From positions 2,420,001 through 2,484,000 of the forward strand of contig CM052817.1 in the NCBI GenBank assembly GCA_028534125.1: 64,000 nucleotides of DNA, given 5' to 3'. The notes under the pieces were generated by a model, which was given only the letters and a program-made list of their open reading frames with translations, did not search any database and had not been told where the DNA came from. The stretch is from Lama glama. Taxonomy: Eukaryota. Both the position numbers and the translations under genes were made by a program. This document shows positions 27,351 to 40,080 of this stretch, piece by piece; within the stretch, counting starts at the first letter, position 1; the number at the start of each line of letters is the position of its first letter.

Positions 27351-30105
27351 CTAGGAGGCCCTGCTCAGAAAGAGTTGTGAACTATGGACACAAAGCAGCA
27401 ATAAGACCAGGACTTTTAAAGACCTTCAGTTGGAACCAGTGTCCCCAGTTTTCACCCGGCCCCTGCCCAGCCAGCAACTCCACTGAGCTTGGCCCGCGGG
27501 GTGAGATGTGTCCAGTCACCCACAGCCAGGCCAGGCAAAAGCTCTTGTGTGCCTAGGGGAGTGCAGCTTCCTTTGAGATGAGGAGGTACAGGGCTGGGAG
27601 CCTGCATTTGTCAGACAGACCGGGAGGAGTCTTCCTTGCTGTGTGGCTTTGGGCAAAGCCCTTGACCTCTCTGAACAGTCACGTCCTCCCTTGGCTCTTG
27701 CTCCACTGGGAGTGGAGAGGATCACAGAAGAAAGGGCTGTGCAAACACCTCCCCACCCCTTAGCATAGTAGGTGCACAAGAAATGGTAGCAACGCTGTCC
27801 CCACTGTTCCTTGACAAAGCACAAGAGAGCATGGGGCCTGGCTCTCCAGCGTCCTGGACAGTTCACCTCTTCCCCTGAACCATGTTGGCTGGGTATCTGC
27901 CCTGCTGGGCGAGCCCATCTGTTATTTTTATTACAAATCACCACTCAATTGGCTTAACCCAAGGCATGTTACCCAAAATAATGTGCGTGATCGCCGGCAG
28001 AACCCAGGGTCAATACTTCTGTGTTCCTCACCCACAGCCCCTCAGAGCCAGGGAGGGAGTCAGGAGAGTGCTCCCACCGTGGCATGAGTAACGTCCTCGC
28101 AGCGCCAGGGCACCAGCCTCACTTAAAGGCCCCATCTGTCTCCAAGGACTTCCAGGTTCCTGTTTGTGCCACCTTGAGACACGGCACGGGTTCGAGGGCC
28201 CGCCCAGCTCATGCTCTAACACGCTGGCCTGGCCTCAACTTGCTGTTGGGGGCCCTGGGTCTCTCTCAAGCCCGCATCTGAGGCAGGGGGAACGTGAAGG
28301 CTGGGCCAGGGCCCTGTGCCTCTGCTATGTGGGCAGTGGGTGGCCCGCTGCTGCCCCTGACAGACTGGCTAGAGAGGTAACAGCTGTCATGTGGATTCCC
28401 AGGAAGGACCTGGGGCCATCCAGCCACAGACGTGCTGCTGGCAGGTGAGTCACAGGTGGGCTAAGGGCACCGCTGCTGGAGTGCCACGCTTCCTGGGGAG
28501 GGGCTCTGGTCCAGTGAGGGGTGTTGGGGGGCAGGATCCCTGCCATTCGTGGGTCTTTTGTTCTGCCGTGAAGACCCAAACCCTCTTCAGATCCTGCCTT
28601 CCTTTCCCACCTTGTGGGGTGGGGTGCACAGGCTTGGGTCAGACCAACTAGGCGCCCGTCTAGCAGTGTCCCCTTGGGCAGGTGGCTGAACTGCCGCTGC
28701 CCTCAGTTCCTGCATTTGCAGACTTCCAGAGCCCAGAGGGCCTTTCGCGGAGCCCAGGGGAGGAGTCGAGGGCTCCCGGTCCTGCTGAGGGGGCACATGT
28801 GCCCAGAGGCTGCAGCCACCCGCCCCTACCACCGACTGGGGAGATGCACCTTCCCAGGGCATCCCCCACACGGAGGCACCGCAGTCTCCAGCTCGAGGGA
28901 GCCTTGGTCTAGCAGGAGAGACAGCAGATGGTGGAAGAAGGGAGCACAGACGGTGCGATGTGGCTGGGAGCCTGGCAGCTGGGCTGGGGGGACAGAGCTC
29001 CCAAAGAGGTGGCGCTAGCACCACGGGTGAGTGGGAATTACCCAGAGTGGTCGGACAGGTAGCTGGGAGAATGTTCCAGATGAGGGGGATGGTTTGAGTG
29101 AAGCTCGGAGGTGAGCAGGGTGTGTTGGAGGTGCCTGACGGCAGGATGTGGGAGTTTCGTGGGGGTGGCGGAGTTGGCTGGGGTGCAGTGGCCAGGCCTG
29201 GAGGAAAGCATGGCCTTGACCCCTGGCAAGGAATCTGGGCTTCATTCCAAGAGTCGTGGTCAGGGGAGGGTGCTCTGCAGGGTTTTAGTCAACTGCTCTG
29301 GCCTCGAGGGGCAGTGATGGATTCTGCAGGGCTGACCGGATGAAGACCAAGGCCCAGGAGGGGAAACACTTCCAAAGCTGAGGAGGTGTCAGAGGGAGGG
29401 CTGAGCATCCCAGGAGGTGTCTGGGACTCCCCAGGTCCCAGGGACGCTCCCCGCAGGTGGAGGGCAGGTGTGGGCTCGGGTGTGAGATCCTGGGGCCCAG
29501 GGCTTGGGATGGAGTGACCGGCTGAGCGAAGGTCTCCCTCTGCAACGCCCCTGCCTCCCCACAGCAGCAGCAGTTACTCTGAGGGGCCGGATCCCCTCTA
29601 GCAGCTGGGCGAGCTGGGTGGGCGGCCTTCAAGCCCCTCCCTCAGCCAGCAGTCAGCGGACTCCCCGCCTGCCCCTGGGTGCCCGGCCTTGGGGCCTTCC
29701 AGTTGTCTCCGAGCGTGGGTGGGTGAGTAGGGTTCGGGAGGCTGGAGTGGTGGAGCCAGGAGATGGGAGCTGGGCCGTATGCAGGGGCCGCCCCCTTGGT
29801 CACGTACTGTGTGTCCCCTCACTGAGCCCGCGGGTGGGCTGACACGTGGGGCTGCAGGCGGGGTTCAGTGACAGGCTGCAGACCCCACAGGGGACTGAGC
29901 TGAGTCCAGACCCGGCACAGCCTCTGGAAAAGGGGATGCCACCCCCACAGCCCCTCCTGCGCCCCCGCTTCCTCCTGCCACAGCCAGCGAGGGCCGGGCT
30001 TGGAGGAGAAAGGCGGGGGCCGGGCACCGGAGAGAGCCACGGGCCGGTACGCGTGGGCCTGGTGAGGGCTGAGCAGGGGCCCCGGGAGCCCGCGGGCGTG
30101 GCTGC

Positions 30106-30470
30106 TGCGTGAGTGTCCTGCGGCTGCTGTCACCACCGGCACCGCTCCTCTCACAGTTCTAGAGGCCGGAAGCCTGCAGCCAAGGTGTCGGCCAGGCCCT
30201 GCTCCCTGGCGAGGCTCCCGGTGTTCGCGGAGTCCTCGGTGCGCCGTGGCCCGTCACACGGCCTGTGTCTGCACGGCAGTCTCCTTTTGTGCCCAGGTTT
30301 CTCCTTCTTACAAGGACACTGTCGTATTGGTCCAGGACCCACCCTAATGACCTCATTTTCACCCGATCACCTCTGTAAAGGCCCTCTCTCCAAATAAGGT
30401 CACATTCTGAAATTCTGGGGGTTAGGACTCCAACATATGCATTTGGGGGGACGCGATTCAACCCCCAACA
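30106..30470 (-). mobile_element. MaLR MLT1 (A-C type) solo LTR
   Basis: tctcacagttctagaggc...ccctaatgacctcatttt...ccaaataaggtcacattctga...attcaacccccaaca; perfect 5-bp TSD GCTGC (30101-30105, 30471-30475). Confidence 0.88.
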
Positions 30471-31279
30471 GCTGCCACTGTGGTGTGCCAGCTCGTCGCT
30501 GCCTCATGGGGAGGCTTCACCACGGCAATTCCCATCCCCATTTCATCTGCAAGAAAACCGGGGCTCTGAGGGCCCCCCGCCTGGGCAGCAGGCAGGGGGA
30601 GGAGTGGAAGCCCCTCAGCGGTGCCAAGGTTCAGGGCACCTGCTCTGCCCCGGGCAGCAGGCCGTTCTGTTTGGAGAAGAGGAAGTTCCCTGGGTGCAAC
30701 GTGAGATGCCCAGGGGACCGGGCTGCGGAGAGCCTTCGTTTCGACCAGGGGAGGACTTTTCTCTCTGTAGTTAGAGGCCTCCGGCTGCTCGCCGGGACAC
30801 CGGGCGCGGCCGCGGGCCAGGTGGCCGAGCGGCGAGGACCCTGGGCCCCTCTCTGGGCCGCGGGCTTCGGTCTGCACGGCTGGAAAAAGCCCTGACGACG
30901 TCTCCTTGATGTCTTACTGACGGCCCTGGGGTGATCTTCTGACCCGGGTCTGATGTCGCACCCGTCTTGCTTGGTCCTTGTGGCCTAGAGCCCCGAGGCC
31001 CCGGGAGCTGTGTGGGGAGCCCCCTCCAGGTTCGTCGCAGAGTGGCTGACCTCTCCAAGCCTGTCTGGACCGAGTACTAAGTTTGGGACCTGGCTCCATG
31101 CACAACATGCTGTGTGACCCCGGGAAACTGACGTGCCTCCCGTTTTCTCGCTTGTTAAACAGGGTGTTGAACTCAGGCATTTCAAGGACTCTCCCCAAAT
31201 ATGTCAAAAACCATCATAAGAATTTTGTACAAACTATTTCCATTTTGTTAAAATACCGTAGGCTTTAAGGCAATGCCAC

Positions 31280-31855
31280 TCAAGAGAACACAGCGAAGGT
31301 ACGCGTGCGGCTGGCATTCCCTAGAAGCTGCGCTGAAGGAAAAAGAGACATGTGCAAACGCTTAATGGTAACCCCCGCCAGTGTGCTCAAGGTAATTGTC
31401 ATTTCAGCTTGCAGTCAACGTGAAAACTGGAGACGCTTTACCCTCCTGGTGCCATCCTTGAAATACGCCCCGTATCTCGCACTTACAGCGCATCTCAGGT
31501 CAGATGCTGAATTTTCACTGGAAATGCTGGATCTATATTGCGATGCCATGAAACTACAGCCGCAAATACAGTCTCACAGCTGAGTTGTTACAAACACACT
31601 GATAACATACTAAGGTCCAGTAGCTGAGGGCTGGTTTCGAGATTTAATAACTTAAGGTGAAAAAGAGTATGAAAACAAATATATATATGTTCATGTATGA
31701 CTGAAGAAGCACTGTGCTGTACACCAGAAACTGACACAACATTGTAAACTGATTATACTTCAATAAAAAAAAATAAAAAAATAAAACCCAGTTCCTTGGT
31801 CGCACTGGCCACCTCCGCTGTGTCGCTAGCGGCTGCCTTCCTGGACCACGCTGCG
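31280..31855. mobile_element. hAT-Charlie (MER33-like) DNA transposon split by an L1 tail
   Basis: tgctgaattttcactggaaatgctggatctatatt and cagttccttggtcgcactggccac...gctagcggctgcc match MER3/MER33 segments (from memory). Confidence 0.6.
31657..31786 (+). mobile_element. Short LINE-1 3' end with polyA, same family as the 22.9 kb L1
   Basis: catgtatgactgaa...gctgtacaccagaaactgacacaacattgtaaactga..tatacttcaataaaaaa matches the reverse complement of ~22930-23020. Confidence 0.85.
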
Positions 31856-31897
31856 GTGCCTGCTCCAGTTACCGTAAGTCTTAGATTGCAGGGGCCC

Positions 31898-32046
31898 CTT
31901 ATTTATCTAATGGAAATATAGTTGGTTTACAATAGTTTATTAGTTTCAAGAGTGCAACATGACTCCATGTTTTTATAGCTTATATGCCACTTAAAGTTAT
32001 TACCAAACCCTGGCTCTTTCCCTGTGCTGCGCAGTAGGTCCTTGTA
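31898..32046 (-). mobile_element. LINE-1 3'-end fragment
   Basis: atatagttggtttacaat...ttagtttcaagagtgcaac...ttccctgtgctg.gcagtaggtccttgt. Confidence 0.6.
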
Positions 32047-34417
32047 GCTCAGGCGCCCCTTACTCCCAGCTCACACTGGAGCCATCCACTCTCTCAGCTC
32101 AGGTCCCTTCCACCCTCCCCTGAAGGCCCTTCCCATCCCTATCTCCGGTTTCTGGATCCTGTTCTTTATTCTCGTGCCCAGAAAGCATTTTTGGAAATCC
32201 GACTGTATACGGATGTAATGAGGGGCAGGTAGAGGCGATGCCAGTCCCACATTCAAATCCAGGTGCTGCCCGGTCCCTGGGGGCCTCTGTTTCCACATCT
32301 GTAACCCAGGAGCCCTTGTTACTGACCAGCAGTGCCACCGTGGCTGGCGCTCCTTCAGCCCTGTGCTGGCCCTCAGAACAGCACCTCTCGGGGTGTGTGG
32401 CTTGGTGGTTCTGGTCCCCTGGCGCCATCCTGTTGTAGAAGCAGCTGCTACCTGTGGCTTCACCTCGGTCAGCATTTCCCAAACCATGATCCTGGCACGT
32501 CTTCTTCCCCCTGGTGTGAACAGGTGGTTCTCAACTCATGGCTGCTATGGTCAAGTATTCCTGGGAGACATCCGGTCAAATGTGACTCAATGGCTTTTGT
32601 TTTAAACACAGAACTTCTCGGAGTCTTTGACGCGGGTAGGTGAGGCAGGGAATCCCTGTTCTGCCAGCATGTCGAGAGTTCTGGGTCTGGCACTTTGAGT
32701 CAGGAACTGAGCTGTGTTTATCTCTGTGTCTCCACGTTACTTTGGCACACAGTAGCCCCTAGCTGTATCCTGCCCAGGGCAGGCACCTGGAAGAGACCAA
32801 TGACTAAAATATGGGCTAAAGAGACAAGCAAACATAATGATACATTGAAGCTCAGAGGAAGGGTCCGATCCTCCGATCGGAGGATAAGGGAAGACTGCCT
32901 GTAGGGGGTGACATATGAACTGAGCCTAAAGAGTAAACCTCCAGAGAATAGGGTAAGGGGTGGGGAAAGGGTTTCTGCTGCATGAAAGGGGGTGCTGAAG
33001 GCCCAGAGGGAGCTCTGTGCATGGTCTGGTGCCCAACGTGGTGCATGGGGTGCAGGCAGGGGAGTGTGCGTGGTCTGCTTGGGACGTGCAGCACCACGGT
33101 GCACACTTCACCCTGCTGCCCAGGTGCGGTCCCTGGACCCTTTGCACTGGAATCCCTGGGAGTCTGTTAAACCCAGACTCCCTAGCCTGGACCTACTGCA
33201 TTAGTCTTGGGGTGAGAACGAGCATGTTGACAAGCTCCCAGGGGCCCCCTGATTGTATGAGGACCGCTTCTGTGACCCAGGGTTCCGTTTTGAGCTGTTG
33301 TGGCAGGCCAGGGGAGTATCAGGATCAGCTGACACCCTGTGCAGACAGGACTCGCGCCCCTAGTGTCTGACTTTTCTGGCCCACAGGCACGTCGAAGACT
33401 GCACCTCCCAGCCATGCAGTGGGGGTGGCAGGTGGCTGGTCCTGGCTAATACAAAGCGAACAGAAGGGAGCAGTGGGAAACTCTGGGCGATGCTCCCATC
33501 TCTCTTCCCTCATGTTGGTGACTGTGGAGGCTGCAGGTACCAGACGGTGCAACTACAATACGGTGGAGCTTCCATCAGCCTGGATCCCCGGGTGACCATG
33601 TGGAGCAGCGTCCTCATGTGGGACATGACACATGTGCAAGAAATCTTGATTGTGTTAACCCACCTGAGATGTCGTTTGCCATTGGGGTGTAACTTAGCCT
33701 ATTATGATTAACACACATCCACTTGTTTCCAATTGCTCCAGTGGGCACATTTCAAAGTGTTTGTGAACCTGGATTCTGAGCAATTAAAATGGTTCACTTT
33801 CTCCTCCCTCTTTCCCTCTCCCTCCCTCCAGGGTGACAGCTAGCCTATACAGCACATTTGTGAATGAGAATTATGAAAAGGCTTGCTCTCTGAGCAGAGG
33901 GGGCTCCAGGCTGCTCAGCTTGGTAAGCAGTGAGCAGAGAGTGAGCTGGATTTCAGCCTTGACTCACCTTCCTTGGGCCAGGCATTTTTGAAAAGTGCAC
34001 GGCCCGCACAACGGTACAGGAAGGCTCAACCATTCATCTATCCCCAAGCTGAGCACTGACTGAGTGCCAGGCCTTGGGCGGCGCTCTGCAGATGCAGACA
34101 GCGTAATGCTTTGGGTCCTCCATAAGATTCCAAGAGGAGGGAGACGCTGTGGGGTTGGGGTCTCAGTCGCAGAAGGACATTCCTCTCTGCTCCCTTCCCC
34201 ACCTGCGTGCCGGTCTGTCCCCAGCCTCAGAACCCCTTCAGGAAACACTGCAGTGAGTGCCCAGCCAGGGCCATCGGGCAGTGGGGAGAGCGTGGTAGAG
34301 CCAGACCTGGGGGTCATGGCTAAGGCGGTCCTTTAGCAGCTCAGAGCCATGTTCGCCCTTCACCTCCCACTCGGGAAAATTCCTTCCCCTTGATCTGCCG
34401 ATGTTCATTGGGGGATG

Positions 34418-35445
34418 CTTTTTAAAAACATAACAGCTTCATTCAGCGATAATTCACATAGCATAAAATTATCCCATTTTAAAGTGGTTTGTAATGTATT
34501 TTGAACGAGGTAGCCATTATCACCATCCAATTTCAGAACGCTTTCATTGCCCCTAAAAGAAATCCAGGATTCACTAGTGATCACCCTCCGTAACTATCAC
34601 CCGCCAGCCTCTCGAAGCCACTAATTTATTTCTGCCTCTATAAATTTGCTGATCTGGACATTTTGTATACATGGAATCATACAAAATGTAGCCTTTTGTG
34701 TCGGGATTCTGTTACTTAGCATCTTGTTTTCAAAACCCATTCATCTGTAGCACGAATCAGAATTTCACGCCTTTTTATGGCCAAGTAACACTCTGTCGCA
34801 CAGACACACCATTTTGTTTGTCCAGCAGTCGGTTTATGGACATTGGGGGTGATTTCCCACTTTCTGGCTATTATGAATACTTCCGCTGTGAGTGTCCACG
34901 TACAAGCTTCTGTGTGGACGTCCGTCGTCTGTTCTCCCGGGCACACGCGCACACATGCACTTCACAGTGGACTGCTGTGTCATGCGGCCACTTTTATGTT
35001 TCTGAGGAGCTGCTAGATTCTTCCAGAAGGGCTGCACCACCTTACTTGCAGCAATGCACGAGGGCTGCAACTCCTCCAGACCCTCGTGACACTTGTTAGC
35101 ATCTGGGCTCTTGATTCTAACTGTCCTGGTGGGTATGAAGCGATATCTCACTGTGGTTTTGACTTGCATTTCCCTGATGATGAATGATACTGAATATCTT
35201 TGCATGTATCTCTCGACTGTTTGCATATCTTCTTTGGAGGAATGTCTATTTCCATTTTGGGCTATTTTTTATTTGGATTATGTTTTTTTTTTATCCTTGA
35301 GTTGTAAGAGTTCTTTATATGTCCTGGGTGCAGCTCTGTTGGCACACATGAGCCCTGCAAGCGTGTTTCCCCCACTCTGTGTGCTGCCTTGTTACTGCCT
35401 TGACAGTGTCCTTTGCAGCAAAAAGCTTTAGACTTTGATGCAGCC
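34418..35445 (-). mobile_element. Old LINE-1 (L1MB-like) 3' fragment
   Basis: L1 3'UTR hallmarks plus a decayed ORF2 frame (IIREMQVKTTVRYRFIPTR). Confidence 0.85.
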
Positions 35446-35759
35446 ACTGAGGAGCATCCTAGATCTATGGCAGCAAAGCCAGTGGCCCCTCCCCGTCCCC
35501 CTCCCACGGCCACGGTCACGTGTGCTGACACGCTTGAGCCTCACACCAGCCAGTGAGGTCAGGGCTACCATCGTCCCCTGGCTATAATGGGGGAAACAGA
35601 GGCACGCACAGACCAAGAAAGAGGTTCAAAGTCATGAGGTCAGTGCAGGACAGAGGCAGAATTTGAATAGGCCAGCTGGGTCTGGAGCCCAGGCTTTTAA
35701 CCACTGCTTAGCAGAGGCTCTGCACTGCAGCCTTTACCACAGAGGGAGACTGTCACGAC

Positions 35760-36020
35760 CATCATTGTCACCCCTCACGATCATTATCATCCTCACCATC
35801 ACCACCATCATCTTCATCGCTGTCACCACCATCACTGCCGTTATATCACCGTCATCCTCTCCATCACCAGCAACGTCATCATCCCAGCATCATCACTGAT
35901 ATCATCATCACCATCACCACCACCATCATCGCCACCATCATCACCACCACCATCATCACCACTAGCGTCACTGTTATCATCCCACTGCCATCATCACCAT
36001 CGTCATTACTATCATTGTCA
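35760..36020. repeat. Degenerate (CAT/CAC)n trinucleotide tract
   Basis: catcaccatcaccaccaccatcatc... Confidence 0.9.
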
Positions 36021-37614
36021 CGGCTCTGGGACAGCCTACCAAGTTCCTCACTTGGGGCCATGCCTGGAACTTTGTGCTTCCCATCCATCACCTAATTCAA
36101 TCATCCCAGCTGCCCTGCAGAAGTACTGAGGCTGGGAGAGGTATGGTCACCTGCCCTGCCCAGAGCCTGTGGAACCTTGACTCCGGCCTGCTGGCCTCTG
36201 CCTTTGCTCTTAGCCAAGCCTCTCCCCACCGGTCACACAAGGATGTGAATGGAGGACAGACGTCAGATTGGAGGGGAGGGGAGAGGCAACCTGAGTCATG
36301 TCCTGGCCAAAGCTGAGGGCTGGCCGAGTGTTCCCCTGACTGTGGCCTCTGGTAAGAGATGTTCTAGAAAACCATGAGAGAGGGAGGTGGGAGGCCTGCC
36401 TCCCAGGCGTGAAGCCATCCTGTATGAGGGGGAGGGGTGTGGAGGGCCGAAGCCGACGCCGTCAATTAGTGCAATTAGCCGTCACGACAGAGGCCCCGGC
36501 ACTAATTGCCCGGTGGCCGGCTGAGGTGCTCCGTGATGGATTAGCAGAGCACTGCAGCCACTGCCGAGGTGGCCTTCACCTCCCAGGGTCAAGGCCAAGT
36601 GCTCCAGAGATGCCTCCTCTCCCAGGGCAGCCCAGCCCTGCTCAGCAGTGCACAGCCCCTCCCCCTCGCCCCTGCTCCCTTCCCAGGACTGAGGAAAGAT
36701 GGCGCTGGGCCCACCTGGCCACAACCCAGGTGGGCAAAGGTCACGGTCACAAGAGGTCTAGGTCCCTCTCCCAGGTCCTGGGAGTCCTCTCCCCTGGCCA
36801 CAGGTGGGCTAAGGTTTGGAGATTTAAGGCCCTCTCCCCAGGAAGCACTTTGTCAAGCAGGACCTTAGTAAAGACGTCCCTTCCTGCACCTCGGTCCCCC
36901 CCTCTGCAGGATGGGGTAAGGGGTCAGCCACCCACCTTGCATCCCTGCCAGGGACGAGAGGGGCCCAGGTCCTGAAAGTTCCCTGGGCTGCCTCCTGGGG
37001 CGGCTCAGCCTCATTGCTAGTGGGATCTGACTGGCAGTTCCCAGCCCACCTGGAGTGGTCCCTGCGGCTTCATCCAGCGGTCACTCACCTGGCTGGGTCT
37101 CTCGGAGAAGATGTGGAAGGCGGGGGCAGGGCCGGTCTCTAGGGCTGGAAGGCAGATCAGGCGCTGGGCTTTGTCCTGAGGGCACCAGGAGGCCCGGGAA
37201 GGGTTTGCGCTGTACAACTGTCCAGTGAGGGCTGGGGCTGGCCTGAGGGGAAGGAGCCTCCCCGCTGACCCTCAAGTTGCAGCCATAGCACCCCTCCTCC
37301 AGGAAGCCTTCCAGTTCTGCCCCTGCTTATCTCTGGGGCCTCATCACCTCACCTTCCCTGTCCTCATCCTAGAGATCCTGTGGCCTGTTTCACTGACCGC
37401 CCCCTCTTCCTAAGGGCCCCAGACCTTGCGTCCCCCTCCCCTCCCCTCCCAGCCCCACAACCCCACCCCAGCAGCAGGGGCCTCCTCCATGGCTCCCTGA
37501 GCATGGCTCCCATGCAAAGCTGGCCTTGCACAGTGAGCTGGGCGCTGGGCTTCATCTGGGTCCTGCCTCCTTATGTGGCAGCTCTGGGGCCACCGTTGGA
37601 AAATTTTTGTTTTT

Positions 37615-38530
37615 AATTACTTAAGACTTTACTTTTAGAGCAGTTTTAGGTTTCCAGAACAATTGAGCAGAAAGGACAAAGTTCCCATGTAATTTCCCTC
37701 CCCACTCCCAGTTTCCCTCTCGTTAAACTCCGGCGCTGGTGGGGTGCGCTGTTGCCACCGATGAGCCAATACTGATACACTATTACTAATGGAAGTTCAT
37801 AGAGTCACAGGAGGGCTCCCTCTGTGTTGTACCTTCTAGGGGTCTGGACAAAGGCACAATGACATTTGTCCACCACTATAGTATCACACAGGATCGTTTC
37901 ACTGCCCTCAAAATCCTCTGTGCCCCACCTCTTCACCCCTCCTCCCAAATCCCTGACGACCACTGATCTTGGCACTGTCTCTATGGTTTGTGCCTTTTCC
38001 AGAATGTCACAGGGCTGGAATCAGATAGTCTGCAGTCATTTGAGACCAGCCCCTTTCAGTTAGTAACATGCATTTAAGGTTCCTCCATACCTTTTCGTGG
38101 CTTGTTAGCTCGTTTCTCTTTAGTGCTGAATAATATTCTAATGTCTGGATAGACCACAGTTTTTTATCCATTCACCTCCCAAAGGGCATCTTGGTTGCTT
38201 CCAGTTTGCGGTGATTATGAATAAAGCTGCTGTGAACATTTGTGAGCAGGTTATTATGTGTCCATGCATTTTCAATTCATTTTGGTAAAAACCAAGGAGT
38301 GCCCTTGCTGGCTCGAATGGCAAGAGTATACTTAGTTTTGTAAGAAACTGCCCAGCTCTCTTCCAAAGTGGCAGCAGCATCTCGCGTCCCCACCCGCAGT
38401 GATGAGAGCTCCTGCTGCCCCGCGTCCTCACCAGCACCTGGGGTTGGCAGTGTTTTGGATCTTATTCTGGCAGGTGTGGAGCAGCCTCCCATCATGGTTT
38501 TGATGTACATGTCTCTGACGATGTATGAAT
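37615..38530 (-). mobile_element. Old LINE-1 (L1MC-like) 3' fragment
   Basis: tagagcagttttaggtt..cagaacaattgagcagaaag end; decayed ORF2 (MFTAALFIITANWKQPRCP..GEWIK). Confidence 0.85.
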
Positions 38531-39534
38531 TTGAAGCTGGCCCAGGGGACAGGCGGCTGGATAACCCTCTGGATAAAGCGTGTGGAGCTAACCTCAGCAT
38601 CCCTCCTGCCCCTCCTCCTCCACCCACCACTCAGGTCCCCCCTCTTCCGGCCTGTCCACTCTTCCCAGCCACCTGAATTATCTCCCCGCCCCTCCATGCC
38701 TGCCTCCACCCCCGCCAGTCCTCCATGGGGCAGCCAGAGTGACCACTAAACCCAACCCCGCCTGGCTGGCACGCTCCGCAGCCCCCATGCCATCCTCTGT
38801 TCTTACTTCTCAGACTGACCAGCAGCACTACCCGACTGCCCCTGCCTCCCTCTCCAGTCAGGAGGGGGATGGAGACCCAAGGCTGGGCTCCCCAGAAGGA
38901 GCTGAGGGTAAGGGGTTGATTCGGGGTGCAGGGCACACCAGCAGGGGATGTGGGGAAGTGAGGCAGGCGGAGGGTGGGGAAGCCAGTTACCCCCAGCCAA
39001 GGATCCATCCTGCCCCGGGACCCTCCTACACTGTGGGGTTGTCCCACCGAGGGCCAGGGAGCCCATGTCTCCACCCCAGCTCTCCAGGCATTGGCTCAAG
39101 GCTACTGGGGGGGGGCAGTTGATTCTCACACCACTCTGCAGGTAAAGAGACCCCAAGGATGGGAAATTGACCACAAACTGGGAAGGGCTGAGACCAGGGG
39201 ATGGGCAGGGCGCCAAAGTATGGGTGGCAAAGCTGGCCTGGGTTAAGGAGTGAGGTTCAAAAGTGGCAGCCCAGGAGGACTGAGCAGGCTGAGCTGACCG
39301 GCAGGGAGCATGGAAGGAGCGGGGACAAGGACTGTTTCCCCATGGCCTTGGTCTTCCTGTAGTGCCCACCTTCCTTCCCCCATCCTCTCCGGGGCTGCTC
39401 CACCATCCTGCACAAGGATCAGGCCACCTGGGAGTCAGAGGGGCACAGACCTTCTCAGAACTGGCTGAGCGCTCATTTTCGGGCCACCAGAATCCAGTGA
39501 AATGACACATCTGCTCATCTCTTCTGGGAACTGG

Positions 39535-39630
39535 GACCAGCTGAGACCCTGTTAAAATGCAGATTCCGATTCCGCAGGTCTGGGTTGGGACCTGAGGCTC
39601 TGCATATTTGACAAGCACAGGGGATGCCCA
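39535..39630. mobile_element. MER5A-like hAT-Charlie fragment
   Basis: gttaaaatgcagattcc...gtctgggttgggacctgag..tctgcat.tttgacaagc. Confidence 0.6.
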
Positions 39631-39934
39631 AGTTTTGGCACAGGGCCTGTCCTTCGGGAAGCCAGCTGATAGCATTTCGTTGTGGGCTCCAGATAGCCAG
39701 ATACGCATTCTGAGATGTTACCCTCTAGAAGCAGCTCTGACTTCTCTTTCTGGCTCCAGAACAAACTGGCTGTGTGACTTTGGGAAAGTTGTTGACCCTC
39801 TCTGGTCTGCAGCCTGGCGACATGAAAAATGGGGCTGGGACTAAGCCGTGAGAATCCTACAATTCGAACGACAGGGACAACGTCTTCAGCCTCTCCCTTA
39901 CGTCAGGCAACACTCATTTACGACCCCAAAACGA

Positions 39935-40080
39935 GAAAATATTATTCCCACTTTATAAATGGGAAAACTGAGGCTCAGAGAGGCGCGGTCCTCTGCGGAG
40001 AATTATCACCCAGTTTGGCAGCAGGGCTGAACACACTTGGGACCAGAGTCTGCCCGCTACAAAGCCTTGTTTCTTCTACA
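39935..40080. mobile_element. MIR SINE (representative; similar remnants near 2350, 4980, 35590, 44570, 51180, 57090, 62690)
   Basis: attattccccactttataaatgggaaaactgaggctcagagagg MIR core. Confidence 0.75.
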
